A stretch of 63,875 bases of DNA, the filler included, from Octopus bimaculoides (lineage: Eukaryota): assembly GCF_001194135.2 (NCBI RefSeq). It is 4 parts of 4 records of this genome, joined end to end, with 100 filler letters (N's around TTAATTAATTAA, not from the genome) between each part and the next. Parts side by side here need not be neighbours in the genome. Positions count along the whole stretch, not along the records: positions 1 to 19,154 come from NC_068989.1; 3 more parts are not named here. One strand, given 5' to 3'. Shown in pieces: positions 1-11,399 of the stretch. The stretch's first letter is position 1. Every line of letters begins with the position of its first letter. Below the pieces are notes generated by a model. The model was not told the origin of the DNA. It did no database searches and saw only the letters and a program-made list of their open reading frames with translations. Position numbers and translations under genes: made by a program.

Positions 1-363
1 TCCTGGGCCTACCTCTTCCACGGGTTCCCTCAACTGTTAGGGTGTGGCACTTTTTCACGCAGCTATCCTCATCCATTCTCACCACATGTCCATACCAGCG
101 CAATCGTCTCTCTTGCACACCACATCTGATGCTTCTAATGTTCAGCTTTTCTCTCAAGATACTTACACTGACGGGTATTCACATTGACATTACACATCCA
201 ACGGAGCATACTGGCTTCATTCCTTGCGAGCTTACGTATGTCCTCAGCAGTTACAGCGCATGTTTCACTGCCATGTAGCATGGCTGTTCGTACGCATGCG
301 TCATACAGTCTGCCTTTTACTCTGAGTGAGAGTCCCTTTGTCGCCAGCAGGGACACATACAGC
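1..363 (-). mobile_element. RTE-clade LINE 3' fragment (post-RT region), degenerate
   Basis: The minus-strand translation LSLRVKGRLYDACVRTAMLHGSETCAVTAEDIRKLARNEASMLRWMCNV matches the RTE-type C-terminal pattern (K.RLY...V...MLYGSETW...E..MLRWM). Confidence 0.8.
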
Positions 364-518
364 AGGCTTCTTTCAGTTTCCATCTACTAAGTACACTCAC
401 AAGGCTTTGGCTGGCCTGAGGCTATAGTAGAAGACACCTACCCAAGGTGCTACAAGGAAGGACTTAACCTGGAACCATGTGGTTGGGAAGCAAACTTCTT
501 ACCACACAACCATGCCTG
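364..518 (-). mobile_element. tRNA-derived SINE, family A
   Basis: Reverse complement reads caggcatggttgtgtggtaagaag...ggttccaggttaagtcc (A/B-box-like head). The same sequence recurs at about 5690, 25520, 27687 and 42780. Confidence 0.8.
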
Positions 519-1558
519 AGTGAATATTTCGTTTTCTGGGTAGAATGCTTTGTTGGTTCGAGTTCATATACATACAAGATCAAATGAATTGTTACCTATG
601 ATAGAATAATATCTGATCATGGGAAGATTTACTTTACATACACTAAGTGCTATGAAACTGGAATTAAGTGCCAGAAATACTCCAAAGAATCTTCTTTACA
701 ACTAGAATATATTCATATTAAAGTTGGTCTTTCATGAAACCAACAAGACTTTGTACACGAGGTTAGGCTTAGTCACTTTTGCAAGGAGTGTGGGGAACAA
801 AACTCTAAGATGAGGCGTGAATGTTCATGTTTTTCTCAATAACGTCGAGTGAGTGAAGTAAAAAGGTTTCAGATACATGGTTTCCTTTAAGTGCACTTAC
901 TGTAGGGTGCCACTCACGAGGTAGTACCACACTTTAATAAAACTAATCAAAGGAATTTTTACATCAGAAGTGGGTAGGAGCACTCTTAGTACCAGGGGCG
1001 AATTGCAAAGTTAGAACTTGTGGAATGCATCTGTACTGAGAAAAATAAAATGAAGTTGTAAGTTCACAAATTCTTAATTATGCAACTTAAATTAAATTAT
1101 TGTTTAGATCTTAAAACTATTTTTTTTCTAGTGTTTTTTAGAGACTTCGTAAGTGGATACCTTCAAATTTTAAGGCGAGCAGGGTTACCCACCCCTGTTC
1201 AACGTGGTCACTCTACTCACTAAAAATAACAGCTAAATCTTCCTCAAACCATTCTCCACGCGTTTAAAGGATACATGAAATAATGTAATTCGGAGTACGC
1301 TGTGACTGAAAAAAATAATATGACGTGATGGTCATGGTTAGATATCTTGGATAGAATCCAGGTAAAAAAGTCACAGGGGTTTTGTCTGGATCCCATAAAT
1401 TGTGACTTTATTACCGGTCACCCTTGGATCATTGGCTGACTTTGTGGCTAGACAACAGCCATCAATAATTAACTTTTCAATTAATTAGGTAATACGGAGC
1501 TTAATAGAGTACGTGGGTGACAAATTTCAATCGAGAGCTTAACAAAGATGTTACTTAC

Positions 1559-1920
1559 CTTTAGTGTTACATCACAGAGTTTCCCTTTTCGACGGATGTC
1601 TTCGATGGCCGGAAAGGCATTAGTAGGTAAATTGTTGTTGATGTAGACAGCAGATTCTTCTGACGTGGTCTCCCCACATAACCCTGGCAACTGGGTCCCG
1701 GCCCCAACACCGGTTGCAATCAGGGATGAAGATGTGGAGGGCGTTGTCGCCATAGACGACAGCGGCGAGGGTGCTGCCGCAGCGGCAGCACCCCTCAAGG
1801 CCGCCACCGTGGCCCAGGGTGGGAATATATCTTGCTCCAACTCCTCGGCACACCAAGCCGACGGTACCTCGCTGTTGCTTGGTACACATTCGGCTCCAGG
1901 CTGTTGTTGATCCAGAATTG
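1559..1920 (-). CDS. KLHL18: 5' coding exon of a BTB-kelch protein, KLHL18-like (start of BTB domain)
   Basis: Open frame ILDQQQPGAECVP...AFPAIEDIRRKGKLCDVTLK resembles KLHL18 EEIRRQGKLCDVTLK. Acceptor ttcgttaaacAG at 1922-1921 and donor aaag|GTAAGT at 1558 (phase 0). Remaining exons lie left of the window. Confidence 0.8.
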
Positions 1921-3399
1921 CTGTTTAACGAAACAATATTAAAGAGATAATAATATCAGTGTAACAAAGTAGAGAAAACAGCAGGTCTGTGAGAACCTAG
2001 TTGTTCAATAGTTCTGACATCCTGGTGTTCTTTGTAATAACTGATTTAGAATAATGAGCTTTCTTCACTGATTCTTATTGGTGACAGTCAATATTGTTAG
2101 TTCAGATTCCGTAATCTCATTATCTCCGGATGTTTATTCTGCTTCAGTTAATTACAGCTTTAGCGCGAAACAATATAATATTCTAAATGACTGTAACTGG
2201 TCTACTTATCATTGTCAAGAAGAAATATTTCGAAATGTTTTTTGCCACCTATAATAATACATTAGCTGTATTTCTTTGGATAATCCATCGTCTGTCCGAA
2301 GAGGTAGAAGTTTGTTGACTTGAAGATTAGAATATTGTTGTTCTAACACCAGTCCCAGTGGTTCAAACGATGGAACTGGTTGGTAGTACAATCTTCGATT
2401 AGGAAAGAATGAATGCTGCATTGGGGAGAGAGAGGGTGAGAGAAATGAAGTGACCTGTTTCAAGACACACAACACATCCTCACTTTTTTCACTTCTTCAC
2501 TGACCCTAATATTCAACAGGCAGTTTTCAAGTAATAATAATCCTCATTTCATGTCTTCGGCAATTCTTTGTTGAATCAGTTGCAACCCGACATTAGTAGA
2601 CAATTTCGAAGAACTGTGACGACTATTCAGAACAGATTCCTGACTATTTATACTTTCCTTTCAAACGACGGACAAGACACTCCGAGGCTACAAATTACAT
2701 ATTTGGGTAAGTTATCATAATAATAATTGGTTACATCCGTGATAATATCACTTTTTCTACTTGAAGTTAATTGGTTCATGTAAATTTCTTATCAGCCAGA
2801 AGCAGCACCGACTGATTCTTCTTTTTATAGTTATCTCCCCTTCATTGACAAAGCAATTCTTCCTGGACGGAAGTTTCTTTTAATTCTGCTCATCTCTTTA
2901 ATCTTTATCCTCTAATCCATGTTTATTGTACATTCGGCCCTATACTGACGGGTGACAGTCTTATAAAATAGTTACCATTTCGACAGGGAGAAACTTAAAA
3001 TCTCTGCTATTCATTTGAAGTGAAAGTATAGGGATTCTTAAAAAAAAAAAATGAACTTATTGTATACAATGCTGAGATGTACTGCAACTCATCGGAAAAC
3101 ATTAAATGGGGCGGCGTGGGGGACAGCGGATATATAAGTTAAAAAAAAAAGAAGACAGTAATGGAGGCTAGAAGTATATGCACAGCACAAAGAATTAAAC
3201 AGGAAATAGAAAAAAAGTGGAATAAGGGTATATAGGTACGTCAAGTATTTGCTTGAATAAATTCTGTGCGACTTTATTGTTTGATTTGAGTAAATATATT
3301 AATTATATATTGCTATTATATTGATAATGAGGATAAGATTCTCCATCATCCTTCAACATCATAATTTTGCTAGCTGTAAAGGAAAAAGGATACAAACTT

Positions 3400-4520
3400 T
3401 GGAAAAATCGGTTAGATACATTAAATAACAACAAATCAATATTATGCACACGCCACATGACCATATTCATCACATGACTAAACCAGCACAGATCTCCTTC
3501 TTGCTCACTACATCTGATTCTTCTTATACCTAATTTTTCCCTCAATGACTTTGCTGTACATATACACAAACTTTGTACATTCAACGAAACATGCTAGCTT
3601 CATTCCTCTCTAGTCTTTGCGTTCAGTGCCCACATCTCACTATGTTCCATTGTTGGTACACAGGCATCATACAATATAACTTTTACTCGGAGAAAAGACC
3701 TTTTGCTTCCAACAGAGGTAATAGCTTTCTGAAATTTCTCCATCCTATTCTTATTCTGGCAACTATACTTTGACTACTAATTAGATCACCCATCTACTAT
3801 CTCTTGCACATGTTCCATATACAAAGACTATTTTCTATGTTAGTCTTCCTGTGATTCCACAGCATCTCGTGTATCCCATACCTTTCCTACATATTGAGCA
3901 GGGCCATTTACCTGAAGGGAGTATAGTCCTGTCTTTTTTCTTAATTTACTAGTTTAAGGTCCTTTTTGATTCCAGATTTTGTTTCCACACCTGGAATTTC
4001 TTTCCTAATTATATTGCAGACTCTGCTATGAGAACAAGCTCAGCATAAAGTAATTTCTAGGGGTAACCAATCTTAAATTCCTTTGTTATGACCTGTGCGT
4101 CAATAATGAATAGGAGGGGATTGAGAACTGAGCCCTGGTGAACTCCTACCTGCACTCTAAATTCATGGCTAATTCTACATTACTGACAGCTGCCCTGTAC
4201 GTGGCTTGTACAGCTTTCCCCAGCCATTCATCTATTCCTATCTTCCTCATAGTACAAGGGACTCTGCCAAAGGCTTTCTGCAGGTCAACAAATGCCAAGT
4301 ACAATGGCTTACTCTTTGCTAAATACTTCTGCAGCTGTTTTACTAAATAGCATCTATAGTTATTCTCCCTGGCATAAAACCAAGCTGCAACTCATCTAGT
4401 CTAATTCTGCTCCTAATTAATTAGGTTATAACTCTATTTGTAACTTTCATGACCTCTATAATTACTTCTATCTAAGGCACCTCCTTTACCATTGTAACAG
4501 TTGACTAAAGTGTTACACCA
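3400..4520 (-). mobile_element. RTE-clade LINE reverse-transcriptase fragment, degenerate
   Basis: Minus strand gives FVDLQKAFGRVP (about 4260-4295) and VGVHQGSVLNP (about 4115-4150) RT motifs. 3500-3710 is similar to the RTE fragment at 1-363. Confidence 0.75.
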
Positions 4521-5689
4521 GTTATTGAATATGACACCTTCCTATATAACTTGATTAAACTATACAGTTGTTTAGGTCATATCCTACTCTATCAGATATT
4601 TTAGGTATCTTAGTGATAATTCCTGATGGACCAGAGTTTTGTTTTTGCCTTCTTATCCATAATTGCCATCTATCATACCGCTATTAACTAGGACAGATGG
4701 TCATTCTGTTGGATCAACATTAGGGAGACTCACTTTGTCCCATTCATTTTCCATATTTAATAGCCTTTCACAGTAATGCTTCCATACTGCCTTCTTTTTA
4801 GAATCACTAAATGCAAACATGCCGTTATCCACTTCTTGCCCACAACATCGTGGCTGGCTGGTTGTTTGAAGTTAGATATAGATGTATGTTTGCTATTTGA
4901 TATGAATTTTTATAGTGTTATTGTATTACTTGTAATGAGAAAAGAGATATTTAATAACCTAGAACAGAAGAGAAATTAAAGGAACTTTTGTGAACAGAAA
5001 TGTCAGGGATTTATTTATCTGATATGCTTGAGTAATAGTATATTATTCGATGACACTTGTTTTGAAGTATGCAATGATGGTTGATCAACATCATGACTTT
5101 TTCCTTGAAAAGCTGATACCTACGACTGACAACAAGTTTCATGGAGGTAATGCTGAATACAATGCTTTGCTTGCAGATTTGAATTCACAATTAAGTATCC
5201 TATCCTTTTTATGCAACTTCTACATGAAACTCCTGTGGATTTAATTCCTATTCTTCATTACTGTCTTCTTCTCCTTCATGATGATGATGATGATAAGAAT
5301 AACATTGATTTCAAATTTTGGCACAAAGCCAGCAAGTTTGAGGGAGTGGGTATGTTGAACTCAGAACATAAAGACGGATGAAATGTCGCTAACCATTTTT
5401 CTTGGTGTGCTAATGATTCTGCCAGCTCGCCACCTTAATAATAATAACAAAATTCATTTGAATGAGTCATAGAATTCATTGATGCAGGTTTTTTTTACAA
5501 CTAGACACCCTTCTTGCTGCCAACCCTTTGTGCTTTCTAAAGTTGGATGTGTTTTCATGGAATATTGGAAACAAAGGACATTGCTTGTATGATAGTGGCT
5601 CTCATTTCCAGCTATTGTGTAATTTCAAGATAAGGAAGCAAAAAAATATACACACACTCACACATAAACATATGTATAATGGGCTTCTT

Positions 5690-5832
5690 AGTTTCCATCT
5701 ACCAGATCTACTTACAAGGCTTTCTTTGGTCCAGGGCTATAGAAGTTGCTTACCCAAGGTGCCATGCAGTGCAACTGAACCTGAGATCATATACTTAGGA
5801 AGTGAACTTCTTAAATCACATAGCCATTCCTG
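5690..5832 (-). mobile_element. tRNA-SINE family A, diverged copy
   Basis: gggcttcttagtttccatct...ggctatagaag...cccaaggtgccatgcagtg...actgaacc is colinear with 364-518. Confidence 0.65.
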
Positions 5833-7906
5833 TACGTATACTATTTTATCAAACACTTATACACAAATTATAGCAGTAGTATCTTACTTCACAAAAAGAA
5901 GAAATACTTGCAAATGCTATGGGAATGAAAATATATTCTTACAAAAAATTAATATAAATAATATGTTGGTATTTCCATCATTGCAAAAATGTTGAAAAAT
6001 TATGTAACAGTAATGGGTGTGGTAAAAAAAATATTTGAATAATTGTTTCAACATTAAACCTTTTGGAGCCAACATATTTGAGATATGTGTGTGTGTGTGT
6101 GTATACATACATACAGGCATACACACACACATACCTACATACTATAAGTACACTTCATGATAATGCCTTAACTCACTAAAGAATCACTCTATATACAAAC
6201 AATGGCACTGCTCTACTACAAACTATGGACGAAAAAATATATTCACACAAAATGTAGATTATGTAAAAGTAATATATGTTCAGTCCACTATGTCACCTTG
6301 GGCAAGTGTCTTCTACAATGACCTTGGATTGACCAAAGCTTTGCGAGTGGATTTGGTAGACGGAAACTGAAAGAAGCCTGGTACACTATGTTGGAGTTAG
6401 GAAAGGCATCCTGTTGTGGTCTCTTAGCAAGGAAATTCATGTTCTTTTAACATGCAAAGTACTGCATCAGTTGTCAGAGGATGCAGGTGATAAACACTTT
6501 TCCATGGTGGCCCGCCATCAAATACTCCAAAGATCTAGTCTCATGGTTAACACCTTGGGAGGCTGATCAGTCAGCTGGTTCCTAAGCCTGTATCCTCTTC
6601 TTACCCAGTTCATAACTGATGCTCTAGCAACCACAAGATTTCACCAAGCCTATTCATTGGTGACTAAATGTGATACATTCACAGATGAAAAGTAGTTGTT
6701 AGAAATAATTCTTGAATCTCCTCCACATCAAACCAAATTAAACAATGTTGCTGAGCATCCAGACAATTTTCCTTTCATTTTTAATTCATGAACTCTCGTT
6801 TAATCCTCTAAGATTCACATTACTGCATTGTTTCATACTTTGAGGTTTCAATGATGTGATTGTTTATTTTTAGAAAGACATTTTAGGGTAGGTGTGAGAG
6901 GCCAGATCTGTCTAGTCTGAACATAAAACAAGTAGAATATTGTGGCTGGATATGATAGGTTTAAATTCTATAGGGTTAACTTGAACTCAACTCCTCACCT
7001 CCCACTAAAAGATATACTATAGATAATGTTCCTCTCCAAGACATAAAATCTTTCACTCCATCTCTGCAGTCCAAGTTTCACCTTATACTCACAGTTTAAT
7101 ATTATTTTACTATTACACCTGTCTCATGAAACATGTGTGATAGAAAATATATTGAAAAAAATCACAGAATTAGAAAACAAAAACATAAAACAATGAAAGT
7201 TTGGGGCCCCAAAATATTTTCATAGTAGGAAACAACTACTCAATTTCTTGCTCTTTTCCTTTTCCATGATAGCTATTTCAAAAATCTGCCAATCAGAGAT
7301 TACACCTGCTTCACAAAATGGATGTAACAGTAAAAATTTACTCGCACTTCAATTTATCTAAAAATTGAATTGGCATATATAGACATACCAGTCTTTCTGC
7401 CAGTCCTCTTCCTTATCATCATCATCTCCACCACCACCACCACCATCATTTTAATGCCCATTTTTCCACACTTGCACCAGTCAAACAAAATTTGTTGAGG
7501 CAGACTTCCTACAGTTGAATGGCCTTCTTTCCACCAAACCCTCGCCTATTTCCAAGCAAGGTAATATTTCCTATGATCAGACTTGTTTGTCACAAAAGAC
7601 TGCAAACAAATGACAAAGCTTGTATGACAGTGATGGTTATTTACAACCATCAAATGATGTCAAGGCAAGGGTACACACACACACACATCTTTATGTTTTT
7701 CAGCAATCACCAATCTTGTTGATATAGTTTTATAACCTGCATAAGGCACACACTCATATACATCTTGTTTCTTTATAATCTGAATTTCCTTATGCGTAGC
7801 ATCAATGACTTCTTTTTCTTGTTTCTTTGCTGCAGTGAGTAAAACACCACGTTTATACTAATCTACTTCAACAGTCATCTCTCTCCATTGGTTCACATGA
7901 TCTCTC

Positions 7907-8134
7907 TTAACCCTTTCGTTATGAACCCGGCTGAAACCAGCTCTGGATCTGTAGTACAAATGTCTTATTTTCATAAGTTTTGAATTAAAATCTTTCACCA
8001 AACCTTAGTCCCAATTTATGTTCCTAACACTAGCTGAATGATAACTAAGTTATTTTACTAAATTCTTTCTTATATTTAAAATTAATTGAAAGAAACACAG
8101 AGCGTCTCAAAATAAATACAGTAACGAAAGGGTT
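7907..8134. mobile_element. TTAA-flanked MITE (piggyBac-like termini)
   Basis: TTAA (7907-7910) + TIR ccctttcgtta (7911-7921) ... taacgaaaggg (8122-8132). The right TTAA is restored when the LTR element 8135-10294 and one GGTT copy are removed. Confidence 0.75.
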
Positions 8135-10294
8135 TATAGGAAAGTGGGTTATACATCATTAGATGTACACCTGACTTTCTTATATTAAATTAGGTATTAA
8201 CGGCAACGCTGAACTCCAGACTATCAACACAAACAACATTCATTCATGGTGGCAAATATACATCTTTATTCTTGTTTGTTGAGACGTCTTCGGTGTGTGA
8301 GAACATGGTTGTTGGGACGTTGGTATATTGATGTGAGCTGTCTAGCGTGAGTTCGAAAGATGGAGAGACAGCTAGACACGTCCTTGCTCAATCGCTGGCC
8401 AGCAAGAAAGAGATCGATCAAAGCGGGAAAGCTTGGATGTCTAATTCCACGCATGCGTGAGACTACGCATGCGCACAGCGTTACTACAGGGCTCCCTTGC
8501 CAGTGCGGAACGCACGATAATATAATTCTGTTGGAACGCCTGAGGCAGGATGGCCACNNNNNNNNNNNNNNNNNNNNNNNNNNNNNNNNNNNNNNNNNNN
8601 NNNNNNNNNNNNNNNNNNNNNNNNNNNNNNNNNNNNNNNNNNNNNNNNNNNNNNNNNNNNNNNNNNNNNNNNNNNNNNNNNNNNNNNNNNNNNNNNNNNN
8701 NNNNNNNNNNNNNNNNNNNNNNNNNNNNNNNNNNNNNNNNNNNNNNNNNNNNNNNNNNNNNNNNNNNNNNNNNNNNNNNNNNNNNNNNNNNNNNNNNNNN
8801 NNNNNNNNNNNNNNNNNNNNNNNNNNNNNNNNNNNNNNNNNNNNNNNNNNNNNNNNNNNNNNNNNNNNNNNNNNNNNNNNNNNNNNNNNNNGTAGTAGTT
8901 GATGTCATCACTGTAAAACTGGCTGTTCTGTATGTGTGGTGGTAATGTTGACAGTGGTGTTCGAAAAGGTACGCTGTTACAGACGGTCGACAGACACACT
9001 CTGTACGACCATTAGCGTCGACCTTGATGAGATTTTTAACCCAAGACTACGGGTTGCGAGTAAAAGGAGAAATGGTGACGAATGGAAAAACAGAGGACTC
9101 CTTTTATTTAAATGTGTCACACGGTTGAACACAAAATAATATATCAAAGATGATATACATGATATGTTATACTACGATAACATATGGCCAGTAAAAGGGA
9201 GACGATAGAAGATGATAAACACAACCGTATAAAATGAATAACAAGAGATATTTGTTGTGGCATAAAAGATGTATGTGTATGTGAGAGTGTGAATGCGACA
9301 TATAAGAACATAATAAAAGACAGGCCGTCGTACAAAGAAAAGTGGTGTTTGAGTGATACATGTATATGTATGAGAGATATTACAGCAGATAGAAAGTCAG
9401 TACACGTGAGAGTTTTATACCAAGTTCTTGAGTACACAATTGGAAGTATCGCAGGCTGAAATCTCTTGTCTGTTTATTATCGTGGTGAAGCTAAGTCACC
9501 TAACATAATCGAAGAGAGAGATGTGCTGTGGTGGTTTAGTTTGGTGTACATAGTAAGTCGTGTTGACTATGCTTGGAGATGTTGGTGGCGTTGGTGGTCA
9601 TCGTTGCTTGGTAGTTCAGTCTCCATGGCCGCATTTGTTCTTTAGTCGGGGTCACCAGTTATAGGTTGGTAGTCCAGAATCCATGGCCGCGTTTGTTTCT
9701 TAGTCGGGGTCACCACTTTATAGGAAAGTGTTAAATAGCTCAGCGGGCTGCGTATTTGAATCACGTCGGAGGGTCACCACTTTATAGGAATAGTGGTTAT
9801 CAGTTATATAGAAATAGTTGTTATTGTAGCTCAGCGGGCTGCGTGTCTGAATCACGTCGGAGGGTCACCACTTTATAGGAATGGTGGTTATTGTAGCTCA
9901 GCGGGCTGCGTGTTTGAATCATGTCGGAGGGTCACCACTTTATAGGAAAGTGGGTTATACATCATTAGATGTACACCTGACTTTCCTATATTAAATTATG
10001 AATTGAACGGAACGCTGAACTCCAAACTGTCAACACAAACAATATTTATTCATGGTGGCAAATATACATCTTTATTCTTGTTTGTTGAGACGTCTTCGGT
10101 GTGTGAGAACATGGTTGTTGGGACGTTGGTATATTGATGTGAGCTGTCTAGCGTGAGTTCGAAAGATGGAGAGACAGCTAGACACGTCCTTGCTCAATCG
10201 CTGGCCAGCAAGAAAGAGGTCGATCAAAGCGGGAAAGCTTGGATGTTTAATTCCACGCATGCGTGAGACTACGCATGCGCACAGCGTTACTACA
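8135..10294 (-). mobile_element. Internally deleted Ty3/Gypsy LTR retrotransposon, probably CsRn1 lineage (non-autonomous)
   Basis: Two 354-bp LTRs (8135-8488 and 9941-10294), minus-strand termini TGTAG...CTATA, 4-bp TSD GGTT (8131-8134 and 10295-10298). tRNA-Trp PBS TGGTGACC follows the 5' LTR, and ggcaagggagccc (PPT-like) precedes the 3' LTR. A frameshifted integrase-tail remnant resembling KVDANGRTECV(S)VDRL(KP)AYL lies at about 8965-9030, and LRRSNR lies near 8525-8545. Confidence 0.85.
9621..9940 (-). repeat. Tandem array of five (LTR 3' end + tRNA-Trp PBS) units
   Basis: GTCGG(AG)GGTCACCA followed by (c/g)tt(t)atagg ends at 9657, 9715, 9779, 9870 and 9937. The three LTR-proximal units also carry gctcagcgggctgcgtrtytgaatcaygtcgg. 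Confidence 0.9.
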
Positions 10295-11399
10295 GGTTAA
10301 TACAACTAGGATGTTCATTCTCTTCTTTCGGTCTTATATTCAACCAATGACTATTCTCCTTTTTGATCTTAGTTGTGTTATCATAGTTTTACCTTTTACT
10401 CCTCACATCCATTCAATTATATTCCATCTTTCCATTCCTACCTGGTTTTCCAGCTCTGTCTTTTAAACGAGCATTAACGTCATTGTCTCCTTTGTTCTCA
10501 CCACCATCTTCCTAATCCAGGACTTCATTCAGTCCTAACATATGTTCTACACTTTTAGCTTCTCTAATCACAACTTCTGTCTTTGTTGTTGCACAGCTTC
10601 AGTATCTGATATGGATGCATTCTGTAAAATTAACTTCCTCTGCTCAACACCTTAACACGATTATTCCATCCTTCAAAGTTTTGTGATCTATAATAATTCT
10701 GGTCACCAGCAACAAAATTTTCATCAGCTAATTCCTCACTTTAGACCTCAATGCTCTCCATATTATTTCTTTGACCTCACCTTCCAATAAACTCCTGTAT
10801 TCTAATTATGTCAGTAGTTGTTATGGATTCCAGGGCAGGTAACTGGTCAGTCAGAACTGATGTTATGTTAATATCAAAGCAAAATACAAGTTCATATGGA
10901 CTGTCCTGAGTAATTCAAAATGCATTGTTAGCACTGACAGCCACTATGCCAATGCAATCTCTGGTTCACACATCAAATGTTCTCTGTATTGTTTGCACAA
11001 ACATCAAGTTGTGTTCCTCTACTATGTAACAGTACAGGTTTCAAGTGTTTAGTTTTCATTCATCTATCTGTAATATTATTGGTTTACAAAATTTTTTTTT
11101 TGCTCTGCGATAAGGATGTGAATAGATTTTTTTTTACTAATTTTGATGTGGTTAGATTCAATTTTCTGAACTGTTTTGCTCTATCATCTCTTGTTTTGTT
11201 TTGCTTTCACATATGCCATTTTAATTATACTGCATATAAATTCAAAATATTATGTGTTTATTTCATCTATTACAAAGGCATATTACAGAAAAAACACAGC
11301 ATAGATACAGAACATTGATGGAACTAAGTTACTTGGATAATACAATACATACAAATCATAGTACAGCAGATGGTCAGAAGTGAGTTTTTTTGGATAATC

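Noticed and set aside
9621-9940. CRISPR-like array or tRNA-Trp gene cluster
   Set aside because: The intervening sequences are not unique spacers, there are no cas genes and the context is eukaryotic. Only the tRNA 3' half with encoded CCA is present, and there is no D-arm/A-box.
8266-10260. Duplicated 62-aa ORF MRGIRHPSFPAL...
   Set aside because: It lies wholly within the LTRs and is duplicated only because they are; no domain recognised.
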